Assembly (NCBI GenBank): GCA_040954595.2 | Contig: CM082578.2 | Span: forward strand, 17,739,912-17,803,911 | Direction: 5' to 3' | Origin: Balanoglossus misakiensis | Taxonomy: Eukaryota; Animalia; Hemichordata | Length of the DNA stretch: 64,000 nt | The notes under the pieces: generated by a model | Told to the model about the DNA's origin: nothing | The model's input: the letters and a program-made list of their open reading frames with translations, nothing else | Database searches by the model: none | Position numbers and translations under genes: made by a program | Part shown: in pieces, positions 61,101 to 64,000 of the stretch | Layout of the letters: each line of letters begins with the position of its first letter | Position numbering within the stretch: the stretch's first letter is position 1

Positions 61101-64000
61101 TTTCCTGAGCTATAACCCATGATTTTTTCAAAAATCGGCGAAATTTCGAGATTTGGAAAAGTCGAAAAATCGTCGATTTTTGATGATTTTCCTGAGCTAT
61201 AACCCATGATTTTTTCAAAAATCGGCGAAATTTCGAGATTTGGAAAAGTCGAAAAATCGTCGATTTTTGATGATTTTCCTGAGCTATAACCCATGATTTT
61301 TCAAAAATCGGCGAAATTTCGAGATTTGGAAAAGTCGAAAAATCGTCGATTTTTGATGATTTTCCTGAGCTATAACCCATGATGTTTTCAAAAATCGGCG
61401 AAATTTCGAGATTTGGAAAAGTCGAAAAATCGTCGATTTTTGATGATTTTCCTGAGCTATAACCCATGATTTTTTCAAAAATCGGCGAAATTTCGAGATT
61501 TGGAAAAGTCGAAAAATCGTCGATTTTTGATGATTTTCCTGAGCTATAACCCATGATTTTTTCAAAAATCGGCGAAATTTCGAGATTTGGAAAAGTCGAA
61601 AAATCGTCGATTTTTGATGATTTTCCTGAGCTATAACCCATGATTTTTTCAAAAATCGGCGAAATTTCGAGATTTGGAAAAGTCGAAAAATCGTCGATTT
61701 TTGATGATTTTCCTGAGCTATAACCCATGATTTTTTCAAAAATCGGCGAAATTTCGAGATTTGGAAAAGTCGAAAAATCGTCGATTTTTGATGATTTTCC
61801 TGAGCTATAACCCATGATTTTTTCAAAAATCGGCGAAATTTCGAGATTTGGAAAAGTCGAAAAATCGTCGATTTTTGATGATTTTCCTGAGCTATAACCC
61901 ATGATTTTTTCAAAAATCGGCGAAATTTCGAGATTTGGAAAAGTCGAAAATCGTCGATTTTTGATGATTTTCCTGAGCTATAACCCATGATTTTTTCAAA
62001 AATCGGCGAAATTTCGAGATTTGGAAAAGTCGAAAAATCGTCGATTTTTGATGATTTTCCTGAGCTATAACCCATGATTTTTTCAAAAATCGGCGAAATT
62101 TCGAGATTTGGAAAAGTCGAAAAATCGTCGATTTTTGATGATTTTCCTGAGCTATAACCCATGATTTTTTCAAAAATCGGCGAAATTTCGAGATTTGGAA
62201 AAGTCGAAAAATCGTCGATTTTTGATGATTTTCCTGAGCTATAACCCATGGTTTTTTCAAAAATCGGCGAAATTTCGAGATTTGGAAAAGTCGAAAAATC
62301 GTCGATTTTTGATGATTTTCCTGAGCTATAACCCATGGTTTTTTCAAAAATCGGCGAAATTTCGAGATTTGGAAAAGTCGAAAAATCGTCGATTTTTGAT
62401 GATTTTCCTGAGCTATAACCCATGGTTTTTTCAAAAATCGGCGAAATTTCGAGATTTGGAAAAGTCGAAAAATCGTCGATTTTTGATGATTTTCCTGAGC
62501 TATAACCCATGTTTTTTCAAAAATCGGCGAAATTTCGAGATTTGGAAAAGTCGAAAAATCGTCGATTTTTGATGATTTTCCTGAGCTATAACCCATGGTT
62601 TTTTCAAAAATCGGCGAAATTTCGAGATTTGGAAAAGTCGAAAAATCGTCGATTTTTGATGATTTTCCTGAGCTATAACCCATGGTTTTTTCAAAAATCG
62701 GCGAAATTTCGAGATTTGGAAAAGTCGAAAAATCGTCGATTTTTGATGATTTTCCTGAGCTATAACCCATGGTTTTTTCAAAAAATCGGCGAAATTTCGA
62801 GATTTGGAAAAGTCGAAAAATCGTCGATTTTGATGATTTTCCTGAGCTATAACCCATGGTTTTTTCAAAAATCGGCGAAATTTCGAGATTTGGAAAAGTC
62901 GAAAAATCGTCGATTTTTGATGATTTTCCTGAGCTATAACCCATGGTTTTTTCAAAAATCGGCGAAATTTCGAGATTTGGAAAAGTCGAAAAATCGTCGA
63001 TTTTTGATGATTTTCCTGAGCTATAACCCATGGCTTTTTCAAAAATCGGCGAAATTTCGAGATTTGGAAAAGTCGAAAAATCGTCGATTTTTGATGATTT
63101 TCCTGAGCTATAACCCATGGCTTTTTTCAAAAATCGGCGAAATTTCGAGATTTGGAAAAGTCGAAAAATCGTCGATTTTTGATGATTTTCCTGAGCTATA
63201 ACCCATGGCTTTTTCAAAAAATCGGCGAAATTTCGAGATTTGGAAAAGTCGAAAAATCGTCGATTTTTGATGATTTTCCTGAGCTATAACCCATGGCTTT
63301 TTCAAAAATCGGCGAAATTTCGAGATTTGGAAAAGTCGAAAAATCGTCGATTTTTGATGATTTTCCTGAGCTATAACCCATGGCTTTTTTCAAAAATCGG
63401 CGAAATTTCGAGATTTGGAAAAGTCGAAAAATCGTCGATTTTTGATGATTTTCCTGAGCTATAACCCATGGTTTTTTCAAAAATCGGCGAAATTTCGAGA
63501 TTTGGAAAAGTCGAAAAATCGTCGATTTTTGATGATTTTCCTGAGCTATAACCCATGGTTTTTTCAAAAATCGGCGAAATTTCGAGATTTGGAAAAGTCG
63601 AAAAATCGTCGATTTTTGATGATTTTCCTGAGCTATAACCCATGGTTTTTTCAAAAATCGGCGAAATTTCGAGATTTGGAAAAGTCGAAAAATCGTCGAT
63701 ATTTGATGATTTTCCTGAGCTATAACCCATGGTTTTTTCAAAAATCGGCGAAATTTCGAGATTTGGAAAAGTCGAAAAATCGTCGATTTTTGATGATTTT
63801 CCTGAGCTATAACCCATGGTTTTTTCAAAAATCGGCGAAATTTCGAGATTTGGAAAAGTCGAAAATCGTCGATTTTTGATGATTTTCCTGAGCTATAACC
63901 CATGGTTTTTTCAAAAATCGGCGAAATTTCGAGATTTGGAAAAGTCGAAAAATCGTCGATTTTTGATGATTTTCCTGAGCTATAACCCATGGTTTTTTCA
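52158..64000. repeat. 87-bp tandem satellite array, about 136 copies, continuing past the window end
   Basis: Consensus ATGATTTTTTCAAAAATCGGCGAAATTTCGAGATTTGGAAAAGTCGAAAAATCGTCGATTTTTGATGATTTTCCTGAGCTATAACCC. Copies are near-identical, with diverged units at the left edge. Confidence 0.99.

Noticed and set aside
52189-63990. Very long ORFs (up to 1795 aa) of repeating KKSWVIAQENHQKSTIFRLFQISKFRRFL or MGYSSGKSSKIDDFSTFPNLEISPIFEKI
   Set aside because: The 87-bp unit is a multiple of 3 and lacks stops in two minus-strand frames. The ORFs swap frames at random indels and show no splice or promoter context, so this is a satellite artefact.
52158-64000. CRISPR-like array
   Set aside because: Head-to-tail identical units with no unique spacers, no cas genes, and a eukaryotic context.

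Overview
This is animal genomic DNA: AT-rich, with GT-AG introns, and probably from a marine invertebrate bilaterian. I could build three spliced genes by hand. (1) CCDC66, minus strand, ATG at 5879, running off the left edge. (2) RAD52, minus strand, 10742->6647, 11 coding exons, about 521 aa. (3) A single ERC/ELKS/CAST active-zone gene, plus strand, 11274->36995, 15 core exons, about 1032 aa, ending in DEEEGIWA*. RAD52 and ERC are head-to-head with ATGs about 530 bp apart. The order CCDC66-RAD52-ERC joins two separate human neighbourhoods (RAD52/ERC1 and CCDC66/ERC2), so it looks like the arrangement before the vertebrate genome duplications. The ERC gene has several candidate isoform elements: three frame-preserving microexons with upstream UGC motifs, a partly duplicated exon, a candidate internal first exon, and candidate alternative C-termini. 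After a probable 4.7-kb 3'UTR the sequence becomes visibly CpG-richer, with no recognisable gene (about 41.7-51.9 kb). At about 51.9 kb a Helentron/HINE-like left arm leads directly into an 87-bp satellite array of more than 11.8 kb (about 136 copies) that runs off the right edge. All long ORFs in the array are repeat artefacts. Gene identities come from my recall of family motifs; no database search was run.
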